From: a virus
Reading direction: 5' to 3' (one strand)
Length of the DNA: 64,000 nucleotides
Virus record (IMG/VR): IMGVR_UViG_3300043777_000086
Location: 42,153 to 106,152 of that record
In this document: positions 19,637 to 27,816 of the stretch, in pieces
Layout: each line of letters opens with the position of its first letter
Numbering within the stretch: position 1 is the first letter of the stretch
Position numbers and translations under genes: made by a program
The notes under the pieces: generated by a model
Told to the model about the DNA's origin: nothing
The model's database searches: none
What the model saw: the letters and a program-made list of their open reading frames with translations, nothing else

Positions 19637-20374
19637 TCAGTCATTGCAGACCACCTGCTGATCGCACAGCAGAGCGCTAGTCGATTCTAATACAGATCGT
19701 ACGGCCTTCATGTCCAGCGCTCGGTCGTCTTCGGTACGCACCCGTCGCTCCATGTCGATCCAGTATGGTCGCGAGAACCCCTCCTCGAATAGCGCCTCAA
19801 TTTTCTGCACCTGATTTACTACATTCTGTGGACCTAACCCACCAGCATAGCCGCACCAGAAGGGCACGTTCCGTGAAGAAGGCCACTTATCAGGAAGAAT
19901 CCCCGCGCCTCCCGACGTGTCGAATAGTGCCGCCACATCAAGGCCGTGTGCGTGGACGCCGAGCGATAGGTGGTTGTTGACGCCGTCCCACTGAAAAATA
20001 AACTGCTTGCCTGAAAGCGAGCGCAGGCAATCGATCAATCCCATCGTCGAAACGTGCTCCTCGGCGTGCGTGTTGATTTGAATGCGTTGCGAAATATGCA
20101 CGCACTCGGGCAAATCCGGCCAGTTCAATTTCCCGACGAACATGTCCCGAACCCAACGCCCGCACACATGCGTCGAAACTTTGAGTTTTTTCGCAAACGC
20201 AACGGTAGAAAATCGATCGATCCAGTCACGGCCCGGAAAGCGCGGAGAACCCTCCAGTCGCTGCGACACCAGAATGCCCCACTCCACAAATGGAAACTGA
20301 TGAGCCAAATCAACCAGCTCGATTATGCTCGTGCTGTCATCGGCTCCAGTAATCGTAACCGCCTTCAGGTTCAT
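19637..20374 (-). CDS. TrpF/PRAI-like TIM-barrel protein
   Basis: TITGAD, EWGIL, LFDTSGGAG, GYAGGLGP.NV, WIDME..VR. Confidence 0.75.
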   Translation of the reverse strand: MNLKAVTITGADDSTSIIELVDLAHQFPFVEWGILVSQRLEGSPRFPGRDWIDRFSTVAFAKKLKVSTHVCGRWVRDMFVGKLNWPDLPECVHISQRIQINTHAEEHVSTMGLIDCLRSLSGKQFIFQWDGVNNHLSLGVHAHGLDVAALFDTSGGAGILPDKWPSSRNVPFWCGYAGGLGPQNVVNQVQKIEALFEEGFSRPYWIDMERRVRTEDDRALDMKAVRSVLESTSALLCDQQVVCND

Positions 20375-20392
20375 GTTATTCTACCTTTCTCG

Positions 20393-22543
20393 TTATGGGC
20401 ACTTCACCGCTTGCCACGATGGCGTGGTCACAATCGTAAGCACCAGTGGTTTCCCGTTCGGACCAGCAGGGAAGGTCTGCGTCGTAGTCACGGCCTTGCC
20501 GGGGCAGGTCTGGTAGGTGGTTGTTGCCGGCGTAAGCGTAACCGTCGCGCTCGCGGAGACACCCGACACCGTGGCCGTAATCAAGGCCGAAGATGCTGTC
20601 GGGATGCTCGCAGGGGCCGTGTACAGCCCCGAGCTTGAGATTGCGCCGATGTTGGCGCTCCACGTCGCGCCCGATGGCGTCGCCGTGAACTGCTGCGTTT
20701 GACTGGCGCTCAAGGTTGCCGTGGAGGGCGAGATCGTCACGGTAACGGGCGTAGGCGGCGTCAGGCTGATCGTGGCCGTCGCGCTCACACCAGACGCTAT
20801 CGCCGTGATCGTCGCGGTGCTGGCGCTGGTGATCGACGCGGGCGCGGTATACAGTCCGGTCGCGGAGATTGTCCCTGTAGACGCGCTCCAAGTCACGGCG
20901 GTGCCACTCGGCGTCACTGTGGCCGTGAACTGCTGAGTCCCACCCTGCCCAAGCGTGGCGCTCGTCGGCGAGATTGTAATGCTCACAGTCGGCGGCGGGG
21001 TTGCTCCTCCGAGGTTCGCGCCGATGCCCGCAAGCGCGGTATTGCCCACAGGAAATGTCGTCAGGTTGCCGAACGTCGGGTTCAGGTTTGTGCTGCCCGT
21101 CAGGTTCTTGACTGCGGTCGGAACTCCCGCGCCGAAGAAATTGTTCGCGGCCCCGCTTACTGTACTACTGGTGGTCGTGATATCCGAGCCCGATCCGCTG
21201 CTCAAGATCTGCATGTACGGCGTCGTGCCATCCAGAATGTTCGATCCGAAATTGACCGTCCCTACGCCGCTTTCCGGGTAGTAAAGGAACTCGGGCGCTC
21301 CCCCCAAGGCTCCGTTATTGTAGAGCGTGTTGTTTTTGAATGTCGCCGCCCCGTTGCCGGTCACGGACCACGTCTGCAAATACACGCCCGCGAATGCCCC
21401 GCCATCAGGAGGTTGAGGACCTTGGCCGGTGTTATAGACCACGTTATTGTATATCTGCACTCCGGTCCCCCTGGACGCGTCCATATTCACGTAGACAATG
21501 CCGTCGCAGGCCGTGTCGTGGATGATGTTGTTCGCGATGATGACCGAATACGAGGTATCCCCGCTTACCGATGAATTTTGCTGAAAACCTCGACATCCGT
21601 TAACGTACGCAATTGTGTTCCACTCGAAGTCAAACGAAAAACTTTCGTCACCCAGGTAAAAGCCTTGCTGAAGAGCCGTAACGCTGCCTGCCGCGAGGTT
21701 CGTGCTGACGTTGTGGAGATTATTGCCATACCAGGTCGTGTTTGTCGCATTGAAGTTGCTTGCTCCTCCCTGCTCTCCGTTGGCGTAGGTCGCGGAGATG
21801 TTATTGCCAATGATCCGAATCCGCTGCGCTCCGTTCGGCCCCCAGCCCTGAATCCCTATGGCTTCGCTGCCACCACCAAGTAGCGTCAGACCGCCAATGA
21901 CCCAGTCTGTAACCGGCGTCGAAGCGCTGCCGGAAATATTCATCAGGCTAAGCGCCCCATGCCCGCACGCTGGATTGGCAACGTCTGTTCCGATAGTCAC
22001 TGTCGCATTGGGATAAGCCAAGAGTGCTTTCGGCGCAGCCTGCGTGCCCGACAGGTTCTGATTTATCTGGACGCAGTTATCGTATCCTCCGATGGCGTTA
22101 GGGTCTGGCGTCGTCGCGGTGACGTTGTTCTCGGCATAGATAATGTCACCAGGCGAGATCGAGTTAGTGGCGTGAGGGATCGTCGCCCACGGCGCAGCTA
22201 GCGTCCCAGCATTTGCATCACTTCCGCTTGTCGCTACAAAACGAAGGTTCCCAGCGCGTACCGTGAATGGAATGACATTCTGCGTCCCGGCCTGAAGTCC
22301 AATCTGGATTGACGCTACGCCCATAGGTATACTCGCCGGAACCTGAAAGGTGACCTTCGTCGGCGTCCACGTCTGACTCGCGGCTGTGATGCCCGCGATG
22401 CTGACCGCGCCTGTCGTTGATCCGAATCCTGTTCCGTAGACGCTCACGTAGGCGAGCGCGGGTCCACTGGTTATGTCGGTAAATTGAATGGTTTGGGCGA
22501 GCGCGGCGGTCGCGAACAATCCGATAAGTAAAAACCGTCTCAT
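20393..22543 (-). CDS. exported protein: IPT/TIG, right-handed beta-helix and two Ig-like domains
   Basis: signal peptide ..AALA-Q; G.GFG, GSDANAGT...PW.TI, N-rich helix repeats, 2x TISP..ATL...TQQFTAT. Confidence 0.8.
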   Translation of the reverse strand: MRRFLLIGLFATAALAQTIQFTDITSGPALAYVSVYGTGFGSTTGAVSIAGITAASQTWTPTKVTFQVPASIPMGVASIQIGLQAGTQNVIPFTVRAGNLRFVATSGSDANAGTLAAPWATIPHATNSISPGDIIYAENNVTATTPDPNAIGGYDNCVQINQNLSGTQAAPKALLAYPNATVTIGTDVANPACGHGALSLMNISGSASTPVTDWVIGGLTLLGGGSEAIGIQGWGPNGAQRIRIIGNNISATYANGEQGGASNFNATNTTWYGNNLHNVSTNLAAGSVTALQQGFYLGDESFSFDFEWNTIAYVNGCRGFQQNSSVSGDTSYSVIIANNIIHDTACDGIVYVNMDASRGTGVQIYNNVVYNTGQGPQPPDGGAFAGVYLQTWSVTGNGAATFKNNTLYNNGALGGAPEFLYYPESGVGTVNFGSNILDGTTPYMQILSSGSGSDITTTSSTVSGAANNFFGAGVPTAVKNLTGSTNLNPTFGNLTTFPVGNTALAGIGANLGGATPPPTVSITISPTSATLGQGGTQQFTATVTPSGTAVTWSASTGTISATGLYTAPASITSASTATITAIASGVSATATISLTPPTPVTVTISPSTATLSASQTQQFTATPSGATWSANIGAISSSGLYTAPASIPTASSALITATVSGVSASATVTLTPATTTYQTCPGKAVTTTQTFPAGPNGKPLVLTIVTTPSWQAVKCP

Positions 22544-23103
22544 GCAAGCACCTCCAGGCGCAGTTTCCGCTTAATCTCCTGCTGAATTTCCCAGTCTCTC
22601 CGCAGGCAGCCGAATAGCAGTTCGTCTATTACTTCTCCGTCAATGACAAATCTAGACTTGAGCGTCCCCTCAAGGGTCATCTCGTCCTGCATATGGACTG
22701 ATGCCGGGTTACTCGACAGCGCCGATGATTCGACCCGTCTAGCATCAAGTTCCTCGAAGCATTTACGCGTGAGCATCCGCGCGGCTACGGAGCCTAATCT
22801 CTGCCCTCGATACAATTCCAGAAGGGCAAGCTCAATGAAGCATACGTTATTCGCTAGATCCTCTTCTATAACAGCCACGCCGATTGACGCCGTCTGACCT
22901 AGGCGTATCACGAATTTATGCAGTCGGAACCCTGGCTGGTGACATAGATGGTCTCCGAACATTCGGAATCTGGTAATAGAGGATTCGATGTTACCGAAGC
23001 GCTTCTCATATCCAGGTTCGGATGTGAGTACCTTCCAAATGTCATTGTACCGACGACGGTATTCAAGCGCTGGAGCGAGCGTGACTAATTGAGTCCCGAT
23101 CAT
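22540..23103 (-). CDS. GNAT RimJ/RimL-family acetyltransferase
   Basis: YRGQRLGS, CFEELDARRV, N.AS, EG.LK. Confidence 0.8.
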   Translation of the reverse strand: MIGTQLVTLAPALEYRRRYNDIWKVLTSEPGYEKRFGNIESSITRFRMFGDHLCHQPGFRLHKFVIRLGQTASIGVAVIEEDLANNVCFIELALLELYRGQRLGSVAARMLTRKCFEELDARRVESSALSSNPASVHMQDEMTLEGTLKSRFVIDGEVIDELLFGCLRRDWEIQQEIKRKLRLEVLA

Positions 23104-23230
23104 CGTGGTGATGGCGTGATGACAAATAAAATCACAGCTAGCGCGGCGATGATTAGTAAGACCGGGACCACTAGAAATGGCCACACGCTGCCATCTCCGC
23201 CCCCGCCACCTCCCCTATGTCGGTGAGCCA

Positions 23231-23656
23231 CTATTTGATCCTCACACACGCCCCCAACTGCCCCGCAAGAGCAGCCGGTGGTTTGAAACCTTTTTCGTGA
23301 TGCGCCAGCAAAGCCTTTGCGGACGCGGGAGTCAGATTAGGCGCTGACGTAAACTCCGCAACACATCCCGCGCCTTTGTAGCCTGTTTTGGGATCTGCTC
23401 CGTGAAGGACAAGCCAATACCACTTGCTCCCCGTGTAGGCGTAACCCTCGACGCGAGTAGGTGGGATGGAGATCTGAGTAGACAGCGTATTGATCTCCAC
23501 GGGATCGCGGCCCAACGTGAACAGCACGACATTGTAACCGACGTTCGGAACTGTCGTTGTGACTCGGAGTGTGAACCCAGCAGGATTCGCGTTTGAGATC
23601 GTCAGGCTCTGCGCCGAAGCGAGCGCCGCGAAAAGAATGAATGCAAGCGTTTTCAT
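23231..23656 (-). CDS. exported hypothetical protein
   Basis: signal peptide MKTLAFILFAALASA-Q; Cys pair. Confidence 0.7.
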   Translation of the reverse strand: MKTLAFILFAALASAQSLTISNANPAGFTLRVTTTVPNVGYNVVLFTLGRDPVEINTLSTQISIPPTRVEGYAYTGSKWYWLVLHGADPKTGYKGAGCVAEFTSAPNLTPASAKALLAHHEKGFKPPAALAGQLGACVRIK

Positions 23657-23946
23657 GCTGCCTCCCGATGCCTACGTAGTTTATTGTCGGTCAGTCTGCG
23701 CTGCAAGTCCGCGATTAGCACTCGCGCCGAATGTAGTTCGATATCGACCTCGCCGAGTACCCGCCTCAACATAGCCTGATTTGCCAACAGGTCGTTCACG
23801 CGCAGGGCGGTGGCATCCATTTGCCCCTGGAGCATCTCCCTTGTTCGTGCGTACGCCTCACGGACAGTAAGGCTCTCTTCAATTTTTTTTCGCTTGGTCG
23901 TCTTCATCGTCGTCCTCCCCAAATCCTCCGCGATCCCCAATACCAC
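23653..23946 (-). CDS. small coiled-coil hypothetical protein
   Basis: coupled ORF; likely start MKTTK. Confidence 0.55.
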   Translation of the reverse strand: MVLGIAEDLGRTTMKTTKRKKIEESLTVREAYARTREMLQGQMDATALRVNDLLANQAMLRRVLGEVDIELHSARVLIADLQRRLTDNKLRRHREAA

Positions 23947-24107
23947 TCAACGATGGGCGGATCAAACTCCACCCCATCTTCAGCACACAATTCGCTTCTG
24001 TGTGGAAGGTAGCGCTCCACGATGAGTAAGTGGAAGGTTTCGCGCCAGCCGAGTTGTTGAACTGCTATGAGAAAGGTTTTCATTTGAACATATCCTCTAT
24101 ATCCCAC
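23904..24107 (-). CDS. hypothetical protein
   Basis: coupled ORF; likely start MKTFL. Confidence 0.5.
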   Translation of the reverse strand: MGYRGYVQMKTFLIAVQQLGWRETFHLLIVERYLPHRSELCAEDGVEFDPPIVEWYWGSRRIWGGRR

Positions 24108-24433
24108 GCTGCCGCGACCGCTTCATCCTGCACTAGCGACAGACTATGCACGGCACCATTTCCATCCACCCGCTCAATCTTTGCGAACTGCCTACCATCA
24201 GGGCCGGAACCTTCTGGATAGGTGAACTGGCTGACATACACTCCCTCGGGGCGCGGGTCGGCTTTAGCAGGAGGTAGGTGCCGGAATTGATCCGCGACGA
24301 AGGCCACCTGCTCCGGGTCGAGCTTGATCTCTGCCGGCGCCGGTCCGTGCTTGATGACGAACACCATCGGCACGCCGTTTTCAACCTCGACGCCGACATC
24401 TATATCCGCGCCATTGATCTTTGCGTTAGGCAT
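24080..24433 (-). CDS. hypothetical protein
   Basis: coupled ORF. Confidence 0.6.
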   Translation of the reverse strand: MPNAKINGADIDVGVEVENGVPMVFVIKHGPAPAEIKLDPEQVAFVADQFRHLPPAKADPRPEGVYVSQFTYPEGSGPDGRQFAKIERVDGNGAVHSLSLVQDEAVAAAWDIEDMFK

Positions 24434-24698
24434 TGGCCCTCACCCACAATTCCACTTCCTGCTTAGCCTCTTCCTGCGTCTGATGCAGTCCAAGCGTGGA
24501 ATCCTCCCAGTCCTCAAGCATCCCATACGCCCACCAGCCGCGACCGAAGGAGTCCTGGGCCACACTGCCGACGATGGCCCCGTCAAGCACCAGTAGATCA
24601 TGTCGCCAGTGGAGTTTGAATTGTGCTTCAGCTTTCGGCATCCCCGCACTCCCTCCTTCGCCAGTCCCAGTACTGCTCTTCGGTAAGGTCTTCGTCAT
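24426..24698 (-). CDS. hypothetical protein
   Basis: coupled ORF. Confidence 0.6.
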   Translation of the reverse strand: MTKTLPKSSTGTGEGGSAGMPKAEAQFKLHWRHDLLVLDGAIVGSVAQDSFGRGWWAYGMLEDWEDSTLGLHQTQEEAKQEVELWVRANA

Positions 24699-24704
24699 CG
24701 GTGG

Positions 24705-25406
24705 TCATAGGCTGCATACTCGGCATATCTCCCCCTGTTTACCATCTCCGCGAATCGGCCTGCCGCGCTCAAACTCTGCCGCGAGTTCCGCAAGCGACGA
24801 CGGCCATGTATCGCGACCGGGCGAGCGAAAGGTATGCCCCATCCTAGCTTCTTGCGCCACTGCGTCGGCGTAAATTTCTGGATAATCGCGCCACAGATCA
24901 CGCCATTCGCTTAGGCGCTGGTGGTAGCAACGCGCACAGTCCGTCCGCTTCGGGATTGTAATGCCGCGCTCCGCAAGATAAGACCTAACTTCCGTGATGC
25001 CCCATCCCCATTCGCGGAACGGGAATCGCGACTGAACCAATTCTCCATAAATACCTTCGCGCTCCTCTTCATCCGCCCGTAATCCGACGTGGTTTATAAC
25101 CGGGGCATTGCGAACACACCACGCGATAGTAGGCTCGATTTTAAGTTGCCGCGTACACCACCGTTGCCTGAAGTTTGGTAGGGCGCTGTGAATCTGAATC
25201 AGACCATTGAGAGTTTGAGCCGATACGCGTATAAACGACTTCCCGAGCAAGCGCTCCAGATTGGACCAGTGCTCCAGCATCGGCGGCAATTCATCCCCAG
25301 TCGGCGTGATGAGATATTCCCAGTCAGTTTCCGGCTCAACCTCGCGAAGTCGCAGTGCGAGCGCCACAGAATCTTTCCCGCCGCTGACGCCGACGATATG
25401 TCTCAC
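24705..25406 (-). CDS. PAPS reductase-family (CysH/DndC-like PP-loop) protein
   Basis: SGGKDS, RWCT..LKI.P, GLRADE, FP..W, C..C; GTGA overlap at 25403-25406. Confidence 0.9.
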   Translation of the reverse strand: MRHIVGVSGGKDSVALALRLREVEPETDWEYLITPTGDELPPMLEHWSNLERLLGKSFIRVSAQTLNGLIQIHSALPNFRQRWCTRQLKIEPTIAWCVRNAPVINHVGLRADEEEREGIYGELVQSRFPFREWGWGITEVRSYLAERGITIPKRTDCARCYHQRLSEWRDLWRDYPEIYADAVAQEARMGHTFRSPGRDTWPSSLAELAAEFERGRPIRGDGKQGEICRVCSL

Positions 25407-26056
25407 GGCCTCACCTCCCACTGATTTGCCGGTGGAGTAATCCACGCTTCCCAGTCCTGCTTAGGCACAACAGGTAACGTTGCAGGCTGATTCACAAGCG
25501 GATCTATCCGTCGCATTGGAATTGACGCAGGCGCTTTCCCGAACGCCGCGAGTGCCGTGTAGTCCGCGCACTGTCCAGCCCCGAGAGCAATGATGGCCGG
25601 TGGGGGATTGTCGATCGCGTACTTGGGAATGTTTTTTGAGAACAGCGCTTGCGCGGCAGGGATCAGCAAGCCGCCTGCCGTGATGATCGGCCCCAGTTCG
25701 CTGGGGCTCTTGTGTAGCGTGTTTTCGATCGTCACACCTAGGCCGATCGCCGCGCCGCCGTATCCGAGTACCTGAGTCGCGCGATACGCAAAGGAATGAT
25801 CGACTCGCGCGTTTAAGATTGCCGTTGACTGCGAGAATGTGTAGAAATTCACCTCAGGAAAGTTCGATTCCACCAAGGCCCACGGGATCGGTATGGGAGT
25901 TGGGCCGATGGCGCAGACCCTCAGATTCCAAGCGTAGGCTGACAGGCCCTTGCCGAGCAGCGGAGCGGTACCCGCTGAACTCATGAGGTTCATGCTTACG
26001 GTGATCTGCGCCGTGAGCGGCAGGCAGAGGATTCCAAGATGGAGCGCTAGTTTCAT
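25403..26056 (-). CDS. exported/membrane hypothetical protein
   Basis: signal peptide ..LPLTA-Q; glycine-rich hydrophobic hairpin. Confidence 0.65.
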   Translation of the reverse strand: MKLALHLGILCLPLTAQITVSMNLMSSAGTAPLLGKGLSAYAWNLRVCAIGPTPIPIPWALVESNFPEVNFYTFSQSTAILNARVDHSFAYRATQVLGYGGAAIGLGVTIENTLHKSPSELGPIITAGGLLIPAAQALFSKNIPKYAIDNPPPAIIALGAGQCADYTALAAFGKAPASIPMRRIDPLVNQPATLPVVPKQDWEAWITPPANQWEVRP

Positions 26057-26568
26057 TTGGGCTTAGGCAGGCATCGCGCTAGTTCCAAGCGCCGCGCGTC
26101 CGCTTGTCTCCGTTCCTCTTCGCGGCGTGCCGCCTCCGTCTCCGCTTGATTGTGCCCCGCTGCTTTCTCTCTTGAGACCCGCTCTATGTCGTCGTACTCG
26201 CGGCGATACGTGTCCAGCCAGTGATTGTAAGCAGCCTGAACCTTGGCGTCCTTTATTGCTGCCGTGAAGTCCTCCATTTTATGCAGACGCTCACGGGCGT
26301 AACCGAGCTGCGCAGCATTTGGTGTGTAGCTCCCATCAAAGTAAGTCAGGTGAGGGAACAGCACGTCCAGCGCGGCGTTGCTGAGATCCTCATCCGAGAA
26401 CGGCTTATTGTCGCAGAGGATCGGCTCATCAGGCTTGGGTGTCATCGTCGCGACAACCTTGCTAGCAACCGAAGTCGTACCGCTAGACAAAGCGTGTGGG
26501 CCTTCCTGGTGCGTGGGCTTGCATCCGCAGAGCACCAGCGAGAGCGCGAGGATCAGAAGGCGGGTCAC
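26053..26568 (-). CDS. putative lipoprotein
   Basis: VTRLLILALSLVLCG-C lipobox-like. Confidence 0.6.
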   Translation of the reverse strand: MTRLLILALSLVLCGCKPTHQEGPHALSSGTTSVASKVVATMTPKPDEPILCDNKPFSDEDLSNAALDVLFPHLTYFDGSYTPNAAQLGYARERLHKMEDFTAAIKDAKVQAAYNHWLDTYRREYDDIERVSREKAAGHNQAETEAARREEERRQADARRLELARCLPKPK

Positions 26569-27272
26569 TTTCCCTCCGGTAGAGGTCCTAACCAAAAATA
26601 CGACGGCGCTCCGAACAGCCCGGTCCCGTAATCAAGGAACGTGTAGGCTGGATTTCCAGGGCACGGCGTTCCATTCGGCAGCACCACGCCCTTCTCTACC
26701 GCGTACACACCCTGCACAGGTCCAGCGATCCCCATCTCGGTGGTGGTCGCTTCAAAGGCCCCGATGAGCTGCGGGGTCACTGGGGTCGGGGGAGCAACGG
26801 GCGCGAATGGCTTATAGCTCGAGTCCGCTACGCTCGATATGAAGGCGCCTACCGGAGGGTTCAAGGGAGGATAGGTGAGCATCCCTGGAACCGCGTCGCC
26901 TGGGGGCGCGTACGGATTTGGAGTCCCCGCGGGGAGTGTCCATTCGTATCCGTCCTGAATGCGAAAGAATTCTACCGCGGTCGGCGTCTGATCTCCGATC
27001 CCCACAATTTGTAGATCAACCGAGAACCCTTTAGCGGCTAGCGAAAGGGCGGCCTCCTCGCGTAACGTACCGGCAGGCATATCGAAGACCGCCCGAACTT
27101 TTGGCGATAGCCACTCCCTGTATGCCTTGTCGATATTCTGAACCGGATACGAAACTCCGAGGTTGTTCCCGTTCGAGTCTCGGCCGGCCCATTGCCCTTG
27201 AGCGTTCCAGGGCGATATGACGACGTTCGGCAGCGTGAGGGTGCCGGTGGTGATGGTACCTGTGGGTGACAT
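26565..27272 (-). CDS. Pro-rich hypothetical protein
   Basis: AGGAG RBS before ATG 27272. Confidence 0.7.
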   Translation of the reverse strand: MSPTGTITTGTLTLPNVVISPWNAQGQWAGRDSNGNNLGVSYPVQNIDKAYREWLSPKVRAVFDMPAGTLREEAALSLAAKGFSVDLQIVGIGDQTPTAVEFFRIQDGYEWTLPAGTPNPYAPPGDAVPGMLTYPPLNPPVGAFISSVADSSYKPFAPVAPPTPVTPQLIGAFEATTTEMGIAGPVQGVYAVEKGVVLPNGTPCPGNPAYTFLDYGTGLFGAPSYFWLGPLPEGK

Positions 27273-27288
27273 TGGATCTCCTGGGTGC

Positions 27289-27317
27289 AGTATAGCCTTG
27301 TCCGAGTTCGGACGCAA
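27289..27317 (-). promoter_or_regulatory. sigma70-type promoter with the 14-bp palindrome (27300-27313) across its spacer
   Basis: TTGCGT-17 nt-TATACT containing GTCCGAACTCGGAC. Confidence 0.7.
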
Positions 27318-27373
27318 GATATTTTGTGCAGATAAATCTTGCGCGCTCGCGGAACCTGTGCGACTATTTCAAT

Positions 27374-27487
27374 GTGAAGACTAAACCACGCGGCAGGCCG
27401 GTACGCGTATCCTATTGTGTCCGCTGCGGAAAGAAGTGCCCGTCTGCTCGTGAAGCGCGGGAGCATTGCAGGAGAACACGGAAATGA
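27374..27487 (+). CDS. 37-aa AT-hook plus zinc-finger microprotein (not in ORF track)
   Basis: MKTKPRGRPVRVSYCVRCGKKCPSAREAREHCRRTRK; ATGA overlap with next gene. Confidence 0.65.
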   Translation: MKTKPRGRPVRVSYCVRCGKKCPSAREAREHCRRTRK

Positions 27488-27801
27488 TGCCCGCTCCCAA
27501 GCTGAGCCGCTCTCAGCGTGCTGCCGACGTGGTGACGGAGTTCTGTGGGTCGTGGACGTTCATCATTGCGTTCTCGCTAATCACTTTCGGATGGATGGCG
27601 CTCAACACCGTAGTGGTGCTATTCCGCATCTTTGATCCCTATCCGTTTCTGCTGATGAATCTGTTTCTTACCGTCATCAGCACATTCCAAAGCCCGCTCA
27701 TCATGATGAGTCAGAATAGGCAAATGGAGAGGGATCGGGACGCCGTGCAGGGACTACACGAAAAGCTGGATGAGTTGAAGAAACAATTGGAGCGCGGATG
27801 A
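27484..27801 (+). CDS. DUF1003-family membrane protein
   Basis: GSW.FI, FDPYPF.L.NL, Q.P.IMMSQNRQ..RD. Confidence 0.9.
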   Translation: MMPAPKLSRSQRAADVVTEFCGSWTFIIAFSLITFGWMALNTVVVLFRIFDPYPFLLMNLFLTVISTFQSPLIMMSQNRQMERDRDAVQGLHEKLDELKKQLERG

Positions 27802-27816
27802 TTCCAAGCCCTAGGC

